This document shows positions 1-11,619 of a stretch of 64,000 nucleotides of DNA, one piece after another. How positions within the stretch are numbered: position 1 is the first letter of the stretch; each line of letters starts with the position of its first letter. The notes beneath the pieces are model-generated. The model searched no databases. It had not been told where the DNA came from and was given only the letters and a program-made list of their open reading frames with translations. Source of the DNA: Lama glama (lineage: Eukaryota); NCBI GenBank assembly GCA_028534125.1, contig CM052817.1, forward strand, positions 80,974,001 to 81,038,000. The letters are read 5' to 3'. Position numbers and translations under genes: made by a program.

Positions 1-237
1 TCCAATTTTCAGGACCACATATCCCAGAGCCTACAAATTTTCTCTGTATCACAAACAAAAATGTACAAATAGATCTCATAATTCACCACCTTAGCCTTTG
101 CAACTTTCAAACACTAGTACATTTTTAGGTTTCTATCTCAAATTTTTCACCATAAATTAAATATCTGAAGAGGATGTAATTTTTAGAGTTTTATAGAGTG
201 ACATGTAAAAACATTACTGTTAATTTCTATTTGTAGC

Positions 238-515
238 CATAAGGGAGTTAACAAATATCAGCTTACCTTTGAGCAAATAACTATAAATCTGGACAAAATA
301 TATGAAGCAACTGTTTTTAAGCATTGGACCCCAAATAAGTCAGGACTGTGATCCTTGAAAGCAAGGAAACATATGAAGTGACCTCCAAGCTCACCTTGGC
401 TTTTTGCCTGGGGGCGTGTTCCAAGCCACAGCAGAGGTAATTGGAGCACAAAGAGTGGTGGTCCCTCTGGGCAAAGAAAAGAGTGAATGGTGTTTGAGTT
501 TATTGAAATGACTGC
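238..515 (+). mobile_element. Ancient L1M 5'-end (5' UTR) fragment
   Basis: ctggacaaaatatatgaagcaactgttttt...caggactgtgatccttga resembles old L1M (L1MC/MD-type) 5'-end consensus as recalled. Confidence 0.5.
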
Positions 516-879
516 AGTTATCATTAGACTTACCATTATAAATATAATAACATAAAATCAAACAAAAATAATATATTACACTATTCGATATATCATATTA
601 AACATAAATAAAATATTATTGGAAATGCATTTTTACATGAGATAAAATATCTTTCTTCCAATTATCTATTTACCTACTGATGACTATCACCTATTGGATG
701 AATCATTCTAATTCCTAGTTTTAAATCTCATAAGCAATAAATAATTTTAAAAAACCCTAATCCAAACAAATAAGTATATTGAACTAGAAGTCTTTTTTAA
801 AACTTTCAGTGCCACTTATTTTAACTTATATTCTTAAAGTCACATAGTGATCAATCACAAAAATATTAATGATCTCTGA

Positions 880-1590
880 GCTGATAACTAGTGTGTGCAA
901 ATATAATTGATTTTTATACATTAATCTTATATCATCCATCTTTCTAATTTTCTTATTTTTTCTAATAATTTATCTGTAGTTTCCTTGGGTTTTCTATGTA
1001 AAGAATTATATCATCAGCTAATTATGCAAATTTATTTTCTCCTTTTCATTCCTTAGTTAATAATGCTCTTCTTCTGTCTTTTGCATTTTGAGCTCAAATA
1101 CATATTGAATGAAAGTGAACACAGGAGTAACTTGTTTGCCTTAACTTTAAATGGAGTGCTTCTCAAATTTCCCCATTTGGGATCATAATCGCTGTAGGTT
1201 TTTCATAAATTATTTTATTAAGTTGAAGAAGTTGCCTCCTATTGCTAATTCATAAGGATTTATTTTAAATTTTAGGCATATGTTTACATTGTTATCAAAA
1301 GTTTTTCTGTATTAATTGATATGATGCAATCCATTAATGTTAACATGGAGCTATCTTTACATACCTGGGGCAAACTGAACTTAATCATAATGTATTTTTT
1401 TTTACTATGCTGCCATGTGGAAATTGGTGATATTTTGTTTAGGAATTTTTCACCTATAGTCATCAGGTAAATATGTCTGTAAAGTTCTTTTCTTGTATTA
1501 TCATTTTCTGACGGTTTCAAAAATTATATGACTTCTTAGAATAACTTGAGGAGTGTTTCTTTTTTCACAGTCTATGAAAGAGTTTACATG
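880..1590 (-). mobile_element. Ancient L1M ORF2 remnant (antisense), left half; continues at 8050-8290
   Basis: T-rich antisense ORF2 motifs (ttccttgggttttctatgtaaagaattatatcatcagc; attaagttgaagaagttgcctcctattgcta); collinear with 8050 onward. Confidence 0.7.
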
Positions 1591-1975
1591 TGTCAAAACA
1601 TCAGACTACCATTCACTATCTTTAGTAGAAAAGCTTGATTTATGCCTTATTTAACTACAGAGAGCTACAGTGGCCAGATACAGTCACACTGGATGGAACA
1701 AATAGCTGATGATACATGGTTTTTGCAGGAAGATTTGGTTCTGGTTATGATGGATATAGGGACAGAAATGGGCAGATGTCAATGTTACAGAAGCATGGTC
1801 AGTGTTGGTTAGAGAGATGGGAGTGGGGTACTGGTCCTAGAAGCATAGCTTGGAGTAAGTCCATTGAAACTTAGCTGACTTTCATAATGTAAGGCTGTCA
1901 CTGATTGGTTGGCTCTCAAAGGTGTGTTCATTCAGCTGTCACTGGTTAACTAAACAGGTTTAAAATCACCTCTTA

Positions 1976-2763
1976 CACGAATTTTCTTACACTAACTTAG
2001 TGTTCTATAATTCAGTTCAATTCTGACACTAACTACCTGGAGTTAGCACAGATCACACAAGTTAGTGAGCACTGTCCCACAAAACTGCCACCACTTCAGA
2101 TACCAGAAGAAAGTCCTAGGTCTTTTGGCTACCTGCACTTCTGGATGACTTTCTACAAATTCAGGAATTCCAGAACTCTTGCCCCTTCAGATCTGATAAT
2201 TTTCTAGAAAACTCACAGAACTTGGGAAAGTGCTATACTGAAGATTACAGTTGTATTATAAAGGATAAGACTTAGGATTAGCTAAGCAAAGAGAGACACA
2301 GAACAAGGTTGGATTGGGAGAGGGGAGGTAAAGGACTTTCACACTCTCTTTCCTTCTGGAATCCAGGCACACCTCCCTCCCAAAACATCAAGATGTTTAC
2401 CAATCTGGAAGTGCCCTGGACTACCTTGTTCAAGATTTTTTACTGAGGCCCCATTACATAGGTATGATTGATCAAGTTATTAGCACTTGATTAAATCAAT
2501 CTCCAGCTCCCTTTTTCTCCCCCTAGATATTGGGAGGTGGGAATGAAAGGTCTGATCCTCTTATTATGTGTTTGGCCAGCCCCTCTGTTGAAACTTTCTG
2601 TGGGTCCACCATGAGTCACCGTGCTAGCTTAACTTCATTGCCAAAACAGGCTTGTTATGAGTAATAAAAAGCATTTCTGTCACTCAGGAAATTCCAAAGG
2701 TTTTTGAAGTTTTGTGCCAGGAATACAAAGCAAAGACCAAATATATATTTTGTATCATACCAC
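1976..2763 (-). mobile_element. MER21-family solo LTR inserted in the left LTR
   Basis: caattctgacactaactacctggagttagcacaga...gaccaaatatatatt; reverse-complement similar to the MER21 at 50173-51038. Confidence 0.75.
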
Positions 2764-3730
2764 CCATGGTAATAGAACATCAACAATTTCTTAGTAGTGT
2801 GGGAGCTTATAAAATTCTCAGGTCTCCCATTTCATTCTTAATCAACCAAAGCTGCTCATGAGTCCATCAGGGACTGTCCAGCTTTCCACCACTTTTAACA
2901 AAAGTGATTTTTCTTGAAAATGTGGTTTTGTTTGCAGAAGTCTGATCTTTCATTGAGCTTCAGTCAGCATGATTTTATCCTGTTCATGGTTCTGAATCAC
3001 TTGTTGTATCATCTATTGGGACAAAGATTCTACAAAATGTAGAATAATCTAATACTCTGGACAACAGTTATCAGGTAACATTAGATGACAATGAGGAAAC
3101 AGGTACAATTAAAATATTATAGAAAGGAATTGGAAGGCTCCCTGGAAGATTTCCCAGGCCTGATAAAGGAAATAAAGTTACAGATGAGGCATTAATTAGT
3201 CATATCTTTTGCTATCCTAGAAAATATTTCTTCTTGGTGTTCGTTTTCTAACAAGGTCAACGTGTCCCAAATATGATAGGTTGCCTCGTGGAAGAGTTTG
3301 TCAGATGCCAATTTGAACTGTCTAGTTTTATCTTAACCTGATGCATTTTACTGCCTTATTGTACTTACTGTCTCTTTTCCAAATCTGGGGTCAAATCTTG
3401 AATATCTCCAAAGATTTGTTTTTCTCCTGCATGAAGAATCCTTGTTTAAAGACATTAGCCATTACAGGCTATGAAGATTAATGATCTGCTAACTTTTTTT
3501 TTTGTAGTTTCCCTATGAAGCACACTGTGTTATGTGTTTAACTCAAGACAATCCAGGACAAAACAAAAATACATGAGATTATACTTTGTACAAACAGTCA
3601 AACAAAAGGGAAAGGAAATGATAAGCAAATTAACTGAAAAAAATATTTATTAAATACTGCAACAAAAACATCTAGTTACTTTATACAAAAGCCTATCTCT
3701 AATTTTCAACATATGATCTTCCTCCAAACT

Positions 3731-3743
3731 AAAAGGCCTAATT
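3731..3743. repeat. Left TSD (aaaaggcctaatt) of the composite L1
   Basis: Identical 13-mer at 7413-7425 directly after the poly(A); reconstructed empty site matches the L1 endonuclease motif 5'-TTTT/AG-3'. Confidence 0.9.
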
Positions 3744-4343
3744 AAAACAAAGGCCATAAAGAAAGATAAAGGACATTTTATAATGATTAAAGGAGTAATA
3801 CAAGATGAGGATATTACACTCATTAATATATGTGCACCCAATATAGGAGCACCTGAGTACATAAAACAATTACTAACAGAGATAAAGAGGGAAACTGATG
3901 GGAATACAAACATTGTCAGAGATTTTAACACCGCATTAACATTACTAGACAGATCTTCCAGACAGAAAATAAATAAGGCAACAGAGAAATTAAATGATAC
4001 AATAGAAAAATTCGATTTGGTGGATATTTTCAGAGCATTACACCCCCAACAAATAGGATATACATTCTCTTCAAGTGTACATGGAACATTTTCTAGGACT
4101 GATCATGTATTTGGGCACAAAAGAAGCCTCAACAATTTTAAGAAGATAGAAATTATCTCAAGTGTCTTTACTGATCATAATGCCATGAAACTAGAAATCA
4201 ACTACAGAGAAACAAAGGAGAAAAAAAGGAAAGCACAGAGATTAAACAACATGCTATTAAAAAAAAATCAATGGGCCAATGATGAAATCAAAGTTGAAAT
4301 TAAAAAAAATACCTTGAGACAAATGAAAATGAAAGTACAACCA
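3744..4343 (+). pseudogene. L1 ORF2 endonuclease-domain fragment (N-terminally truncated)
   Basis: MIKGVIQDEDITLINICAPN...DFNTAL...YTFSSSVHGTFSRTDHVFGHK...TDHNAMKLEIN matches the APE-like L1 EN domain; frameshift in an A-run near 4302-4309. Confidence 0.92.
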
Positions 4344-5678
4344 GAGAGAAGCAAGATGGTGGAGTAGAAGGACACTTGTAGCTCACCCTCTCCACAAATA
4401 CAACAAAACTCACATCTACGGACCTACTCAGCTAACCAGAGCACCTGCCGAACTCCAACAGAACATCACTCTCTTCGAAAGACAAAGACGCCAAAAATCT
4501 GGTAGGAGAAAAGGAAAAAACAAAGAAGAAAAAGCAAAACAGTGCGGGACCAATCCTGCGGGGAAGGAGCGGCAAAGGAGGACTGGCGCTCGTTCGCTGG
4601 GTCTCCCCTCTCCAACAGAGAGGCCAGTGGGACGAAGGGGGAGCCTCTGAGGCTCAGATCTGCCCCAAGCACCCTTTGACCAACAGAACTGAGTTAAACA
4701 GGCACAAAGAGTCCCTGTGACACCCAGCCCGAGACGCGAGCTGGCAGCTGGGGGCTGGGACAGGCCACCCGAGCCGGGCAGAGGACTGGGGCGGCTGCAC
4801 TGGGGCAGCCCCAGGGGACTGCAGGGGGCTGTGTGCCGTGGCTGGGAGGGGATAAGGAGCAGAACAACCTCGGTCCCCCATAAATTGCAAAAAAAGCAAA
4901 GCAACTGGGCTGGTTGCTCTGGGGGGAGGGGCGCCATAGCCTTTGTCTCCTCAGACCTGCGCCGCCATAACTGGCACTTCTCGCAAGAAGAGAGGCGGAG
5001 CTCATCCACAGCTGCCATCTCCTGTGCACAGCGCCCGGGTGGGGGTGGGGGCAGAGCCGAGCCCTGAATCCGCACCCGGGGGCTCCACAACCTCCTAGAG
5101 AGGTCGGAGACTTGTTTACAGCCTGAGGCAGATAGGATCTTTCTACCCTGGCACCTCAGAGAACTTGCCCCACCAAGACAAACAAGGAGCTGAGATTTGG
5201 CACAGAGCAGGGGTGGGGCCGTTCCGCGGTCTTCCCCAAGCCCTTTGGAGCACCAACCTGAGGCGGAGTGAGCAGCTGCACAGAGCAGCGGAGCAACCGG
5301 CACCGGGAGAGGGTGGGTGGCAACCCGCTTTCCTGGCAGGAACACAGCACCTGACCACGGTGCTGGAGGGGGACGTGATCCACCCACCTGCCTCGCCCTA
5401 GCACAGCATCTGACAGTGGCATCAGGGGGCAGAGTGACTCACCCACCCACCAGGTAAGAGCTCAGCACCTGACCCAGGGTTAGAAGGGGGCACGATCTGC
5501 TAGCCGACAGCCTTTGGGAGCAGCAAAGATGAGGGCGCCAGCAGAGGGCCTCTGGAAACAGCAAGCTGAGTTCGACAAACAGGGCAAAGACACAAAGACC
5601 TCTCAAAAAAATCATTAAGAGCACAGCACCTCCAGAACTAGATAACTGATACTCCTTTAGCCACAGTGCCAGACAGAG
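4344..5678 (+). promoter_or_regulatory. L1 5' UTR / internal Pol II promoter, CpG-rich, with YY1-like motif
   Basis: Begins gagagaagCAAGATGGtggag (YY1-type CAAGATGGC with CpG decay, 4352-4360); the only GC/CpG-rich stretch of the window; directly upstream of ORF1. Confidence 0.8.
5345..5515 (+). repeat. Three diverged 59-bp tandem repeats in the L1 5' UTR
   Basis: cagca(c/t)ctgac starts at 5345, 5404 and 5463, each followed by an agggggc/agggggac core. Confidence 0.75.
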
Positions 5679-6573
5679 ATGAGCAATATGAAGAAGCAGA
5701 GGAACCACTCCTAATTAACAGATCAAGAGAAATCCCCTGAACGCATGATCAAGGAAATAGACATTGATGGCTTATTAGATCAGGATTTCAAAAAAGGAGT
5801 GACCAAAGTACTGAAGGAACTAAAAGGAAGTGTTTAGAGATATAAAATATGTCAAAAATGAAATAGAAGCTATAAAGAAGAACCAAGAATTAGTAAACTC
5901 ATTTGCTGAGATGAGAGCTGACCTAAAAGCTGTACAAAGTAGGCTACATAATTCAGAGGAACGAATAAGTGACCTAGAAGACAGGACAACAGAAAGCACC
6001 CAATCAGAACAGCTGAGAGAAAAACAACTAAAAAACAATGAAAACAAATTAAGGGACCTATGGGATAATATAAAGCGTGCCAATCTACACATGATAGGGG
6101 TTTCAGAAGGGGAAGAAAGAACAAAGGGGATTGAAAAGGTCTTTGAAGAAATCATGACTGAAAACTTCCCAGACCTAAAGGAATCAGATATCCAAGTACA
6201 AGAGGCTCAGAGGGTCCCAAACAGGAAGAACCCAAACAGACCCACACCAAGATATATCATAATCAAGATGGCCAGAGTCAAGGATAAAGAAATGATCCTA
6301 AAGGCAGCAAGAGAAAAACAAAGAGTGAGTTACAAGGGAACACCCATAAGGCTCTCAGCTGATTTCTCTACACAAACACTACAGGCCAGAAGGGAGTGGC
6401 AAGATATATTCAAAGTCCTGAATGAAAAAAAGATGCAGCCTAGGATACTCTATTAAGCAAGGCTATCCTTTAGAATTGAAGGAGAGATAAAGAACTTCAG
6501 AGACAAGCAAAAACTAAAAGAGTTTAGCAACACTAAACCCATGCTGAAAGAAATATTGACAGGTCTAGTCTAA
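5679..6573 (+). pseudogene. L1 ORF1p, disrupted
   Basis: ATG at 5679; early TAA near 5712; frameshift near 5825; coiled coil plus DLWDNIKRANLHMIGVSEGEE, PTPRYIIIK, ADFSTQTLQARREW; premature TAA at 6454 in the YPARLSF motif; natural stop at 6571-6573. Confidence 0.9.
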
Positions 6574-6715
6574 ATAGAAAAGAAGCAGGATGCTACAAAA
6601 ATGAGAAACTCATAACTGGAAAGGAGATAACTGCCATGAATTACAAAAAAGAATAAAGACAAAATTGTAAAAGAAGACATCTAAATCATTAAGAGTGGGA
6701 GAGGGAAGCAAGGAA

Positions 6716-7412
6716 AGCCACTGTGGAAAACAGTATTCCTCAAAAGACTAGGAATAGACTTACTATATGACCCAGGAATCCCGCTCCTGGGCATATATCC
6801 AGAAGGAACCCTACTTCAAAAAGACACCTGCGCTCCAATGTTCATAGCAGCACTATTTACAATAGCCAAGACATGGAAACAGACTAAATGTCCATCAACT
6901 GGATAAAGAAGAAGTGGTATATTTACACGGTGGAATACTATTCAGCCATAAAAATGACAACATAACGCCATTTGTAGCAACATGGATGTCCCTGGAGAAT
7001 GTCATTCTAAGTGAAGTAAGCCAGAAAGAGAAAGAAAAATACCACATGAGATTGCTCATATGTGGAATCTAAAAATAAAATAAAATAAAATAAAGAACAT
7101 AAATACAAAACAGAAACAGACTCATAGACATAGAATACAAACTTGTGGTTGCCAAGGCGGAGAGTGGTGGGAAGGGATGGACTGGGAGTTCAAAATTTGT
7201 AGATACTGACAGGCATATGTAGAATAGATAAACAGGATTGTACTATATAGCACAGGGAAGTGTGTGCAAGATCTTTTGGTGGCTCACAGAGAGGGAAGGT
7301 GTAGCAATGAATATATGTATGTTCATGTATGGCTGAAAAACTGTGCTCTGTACTGGAGTTTGACACGACATTGTAAAATGACTATAACTCAATAAAAAAA
7401 TGTTAAAAAAAA
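6716..7412 (+). mobile_element. L1 ORF2 extreme C-terminus plus 3' UTR and poly(A)
   Basis: agccactgtggaaaacagt...atatgacccaggaatcccgctcctgggcatatatcc; homologous to 21095-21810 and to 63205-63905. Confidence 0.9.
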
Positions 7413-7425
7413 AAAAGGCCTAATT
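7413..7425. repeat. Right TSD (aaaaggcctaatt)
   Basis: Identical to 3731-3743. Confidence 0.9.
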
Positions 7426-8049
7426 GGCATATGCCATGATTTAAGCCTGACTGCCTTACAATAAAAACCTATTGGTTATACATTGCAGTGTAAAAAACAA
7501 AAATAAGTTATCAACAAAAATGCTACAAATTAAGCGAGTGCTCATTTTTAATTAGGCTCATTTGGCAGCAAATTTGAAGGACAAATGGAATTTGGGCACA
7601 GGTATCTGGTTAACATGCTCATTTGTTTGAGCACCCTATAGAATGTTACAAAGTGAAAGGCTATGGGAGTCATGCATGGTCTCATTGGGAGAAGTAAACT
7701 GCTGCTCTGAAACGTAGGATTTTGGCTAAGAGTTTATTTTATGTTGTACTGGGCTGGGCATGGGGCAGAAGTGGGTTTTCTATTAGTTTCCTAAGTGTGT
7801 GTTTGTTGTTGTTGTTGTTGCTGTTGCTCACACAGGTAGGTGTAGGTCAATGTTACTTTTAGAAGCATGATCTGTAGTGAGTCTGCTGCCACCTAACTGA
7901 TGCTTGAGACTCACTGGTTGGCTTTCACGTAAAGGTTGACTGAGTTGTCATTGATCAACTAGATATGGTTAAAGCCACTTCTGCTGTTTACTTGTTATCA
8001 TGGTTAGAGAACAGTCAGTTTTATCCTAAGACTTTCAGATTTCCTAACA

Positions 8050-8770
8050 TAGGAATTATCCATTATTTGAAAGTTTAATGAAATAGCTAATAAGACTATC
8101 TGTGCCTAAAGTTTTATTTTGGGAATATTTTTGTTTGATTATTACTTCAATTATTTAATAGTTCCAGGACTAATCAGGCTTTTGAATTCTTCTTAATTCT
8201 GATTTGATAAGTTACAGTTCTCAAAGCATTTGTCCATTTTAAATAAATTTTCAAAACTGATATTCTACATTGGTCCATGCATTGTTGAATCTGTTCCTCT
8301 GAGGGAGGAAGGAGGGTCTGGTGTTTCTTAATCTGCCATCTTGCTTATGTCACCCCTAATCTATTACATTTTTGATACTCAGATGTATCTTTGTTTTCTA
8401 TTTTGTAATTTATGCTGTTATTTTTATTTTATTTTTCTTTATACTATATTTAGGTATATTTTGTTATTCATTTTCTACATTCATAAGTCGTACACTTAAA
8501 TCATTAATTTACAGCCTTTCTGACTTTCTGACATACACACGTAAAAAGACTAATGTTCCCTTACGGCATGGCTTATGCAGCCCTATACATTTTGAGATGC
8601 GTTTTATTATCATATACTTCTAACTCTTTAAATTTTTTTGTTTTGATTTCTTTCTAACTCATGAGCTACCTGGCAATTTTAAAAAATTTCCAAGTATAAG
8701 AATTTTATTTATATTTTTTATTATTAACTTCTAAATTTATTGCTTTGTGGTCAGAGCACATGTTCTCTAT
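8050..8770 (-). mobile_element. Ancient L1M ORF2 remnants (antisense), continuation of 880-1590
   Basis: taggaattatcc...ctatctgtgcctaaagtttt; atttattgctttgtggtcagag. Confidence 0.6.
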
Positions 8771-8779
8771 CATATCTGG

Positions 8780-9640
8780 AAAACAGTAAAAAGAGTAGAA
8801 GAGAGATTTCAGTTCCAATTTCTACCAAAATGCTGAACCAGCAGGGAATACAGGATCCACCTCCCTCCCCCTTCATGCATTTCCAGTTAGATTATCCGAT
8901 AACCCCAAGGGAATACGATTTCATAGGCACATAGAGAGGAGGGAGAGAGACATAAAGAGATAGAATTAAAGAGCACAACTATTTCAAAACTACAAATAAA
9001 CTGGAATTCATATTTCAGTGGAAGCAGAAAGTAGAATAAATAACTAAATAATATAATTTAGCATAATAATTAGAAGAAATAAAGGAATTTATTTAAAATA
9101 TGCAACACAGATAAGAAACCATAAGAACCAAGCAGAAATATTATGAGTGAAAGTTATAATAGATTAAATAAAGAATATAATAGGTTATGTAAATAAGTAA
9201 TCCATGAAGTACCAAATTGAAGGTTTAGTTTAAAAAACATTCCAGAAGGAATCAGAAAAGGATAAACACATGGAAAACTTACAGAAGAATTAAGTGACAC
9301 GTGGGAAAGAAGCATAAATGAAATATCCTATATAATATTCCTGGAAAATAAGAGATAAAAATTGAGAGGAGGAAATATTTGAGGAAATAATCAAGAGAGA
9401 TTTCTCAGAATTAATTAAAAACAGAAAAAAAAATCTCAGACTGAAAGGGTCCATAGCATGGCAAAGAGGAAAGACAATGGGGAAAAACCCCCCACAAAAC
9501 TATGCCTAGACACATTATAGTGAAATTTGAGAATATCAAAGAAAAAAATTCCAGAAGCTTAAAAGAGAGACAATAGCACATGGAAAGGAGTTAGAATACA
9601 GTTCAGATTAAAGCCAGGAAATTCAGAGCTTGCAGAAACC
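8780..9640 (+). mobile_element. Ancient L1ME/HAL1-like ORF1 remnant
   Basis: gaggaaatatttgaggaaataatc..tttctcagaatt and cctagacacattatagtgaaattt (PRHIIVKF), ORF1 RRM-region motifs. Confidence 0.6.
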
Positions 9641-9959
9641 TTATATCTGTGTCTTCAGAGAAGTTTAGAACTACATTAATGGTAGAAGAAAGAGGAGGGG
9701 CTAAACTTTTTAGGAAATTTGGAAAAGAGAAGTCTGTATTCGTATCTTTAACCAGCAACTTAGCTAAAGTGTTAGCCCTTAAGATTGTTTTCACTTTAAT
9801 AAATATATCCAACTACTAATATGACTTGTTGAGTTGGCCAAATCCTTCCAGTTTACCAGAGATTTCCATAGCTCCCTACTTTAGACTTAGCCAGTCCAAC
9901 TGTCACATCTATTATTGTCTTCCTGACCTCTCATTTACATTTAAAGCTCTGTAAATGAT

Positions 9960-10540
9960 TAAGATCTTGGAATCTGAAGTCAGATGCCTGAGTTCTAATC
10001 CAACCTTTGTCTCTCACCGATTGTGTAATTTTGGGCAAATAACTTAGCTCCCTTTATGCTTCAGTTTCAATATCTATAAAATGGGACAATTATAGTACAG
10101 TTGTTCCTTGGTATCCATGGGGGATTGGCTCCAGGACCCCCCTCAGATACCAAAATCAAGTTATTTACATAAAATGGCATAGTATTTGCATATAACTGAC
10201 ATCCATCCTCCAGGATATTTTAAATCCTCTCTAGATTACTTATAATACTTAATACAATCTAATGCTGTGTAAATAGTTGTGAATACAATGTAAATGGTTG
10301 CTGGCAGCCAGAAAATTGAAGTTTTGATTTTTGGAAATCTCTGGAAAATAAAAAAAAATTATTTTCAGTTGCGTTTGGTTGAATCAGAGGATGCAGAACC
10401 CATGGATTTGCAGGGCTGACTGTACCTACTTCCTAGAGTTGTTGGAAAAAGGGGGTGTTCAATGCATGTGAAGCGTGTTAAACAATGCCTGGCATACAGT
10501 AAACAATTGCTATTGACAAATATTACTATTATTATTGATA
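9960..10540 (+). mobile_element. MIR SINE split by MER2
   Basis: gtaattttgggcaaataacttag..cttcagtttc..tctataaaatggg, resuming after 10424 with tacctacttcctagagttgtt..tgcctggcatacagtaa. Confidence 0.75.
10098..10422. mobile_element. MER2 (Tigger-family non-autonomous DNA transposon)
   Basis: Terminal inverted repeats cagttgttccttggtatccatggg / cccatggatttgcagggctgactg; TA duplication at 10096-10097 and 10423-10424. Confidence 0.85.
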
Positions 10541-11619
10541 TTAAACAATTAGATGATGACAAAGTTGCCTATACTACTATTAAAAGAAACAATGGCTAAG
10601 ACCAAAGACTCAGAGAATTTTGTTCCAAGGCCAAATAATGACATAAGGTCATGAGTGGTGGCCAAAATCAGTTCCAAACCAGCCACAGTGACATCATAGG
10701 ATAATCTGGTCTCTGTCACAGCCTCAGAAAATTGTGCCACACTCCTTCATGTGGAGGTGAGCCCACCTCTTTTGTGGCTTCCTTCAGAGAGTGGCTCTCT
10801 CTCCTCTCCTCTTGTCCCAGAGTAAAGAGCTTCTGCACACTTACTGTTTCAAGTCCTTTCTCTGATATTCTCTCCTGTAAGTTTTATTCATCTCAGCCTC
10901 TCTGTACTGATGAAAACCAAGCAGAGCAGACATCTGCACAACCTCTTTGAACATATAATAAATTCACTTTCAAGTGAGTGGTAAAAGATTTAGCATGGTA
11001 AGAACAATATGGCACAAACTGAACTTTGAAATGTTTGAAATTTTGACTTCTGACCATCTTTCTCTTGTTTTTCATTATAGCCCTGTCAAGAGAGTGCCTG
11101 AGGGAAAAACAAAATCTGTTGAATCCTTAACTCTGGATTGTTACTTCAAACATTCTTCTATTGATAGATAAACCTGGTAGTGAATGTAGGTGGTGCCCTT
11201 AAGGACATCCAGAAATGGATTAAGTTTTTGTGTGCGAGAAGGAAAAATCATGCATGACTACTCTATTTTTAACTGAGCAACCAGATAAAATGAATGGTAA
11301 TGCTATTTATTAAGATGGTATGAACTTGGGGAGGAACTGATCCGGGCCTGGATAATGATTCTCCTAAACTAATAAACAAATCCTTAATGTATTAACTTAT
11401 TGAGTAACATGATAATGTAGTACACATCACTGGTAGTGGTATTAGTAAAGTTCCAAGAAATATTGAAAATAGAGCTGTACCTGAATGTACAGCTCTGCAC
11501 TCCTAAATGAAAAAATAGCAAGTTAATTGATGTAAAATATCTCACTTACCACATTAAATGTCTATTTATGGTTTATAGTTTTATAGCACTAAAATTCTTT
11601 TCATTTTTATGATTTCATG

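Larger units (their letters stand above)
3744..7412 (+). mobile_element. Rearranged young LINE-1: ORF2-EN fragment + 5' UTR + ORF1 + ORF2 C-terminus/3' UTR + poly(A)
   Basis: ORF track 3783-4367 (EN) and 5830-6456 (ORF1), GC-rich UTR, 3' UTR with aataaa at 7391 and A-tail, all inside one TSD. Confidence 0.92.
1591..8049 (-). mobile_element. Degraded LTR retroelement/ERV with two diverged LTRs (about 1591-2820 and 7644-8049), interrupted by MER21 and a young L1
   Basis: Both blocks start TG and end CA. Shared motifs gtcaatgttac..agaagcatg (1778-1797 vs 7846-7869), t(t/g)ggttggct(c/t)tca and catggt..agaaca. A purine-rich PPT-like tract on the minus strand abuts 2821. Confidence 0.55.

Noticed and set aside
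3744..4343. EN fragment as an older L1 interrupted by a younger full-length L1
   Set aside because: No TSD at 4343, ORF2 does not resume after 7425, and the perfect TSD encloses both parts
5345..5515. Regularly spaced repeats as a CRISPR-like array
   Set aside because: Mammalian L1 UTR monomers, diverged along their whole length, with no cas genes
4466..5708. Cluster of short overlapping ORFs as a host gene
   Set aside because: All lie in the GC-rich L1 5' UTR and have no recognisable domains
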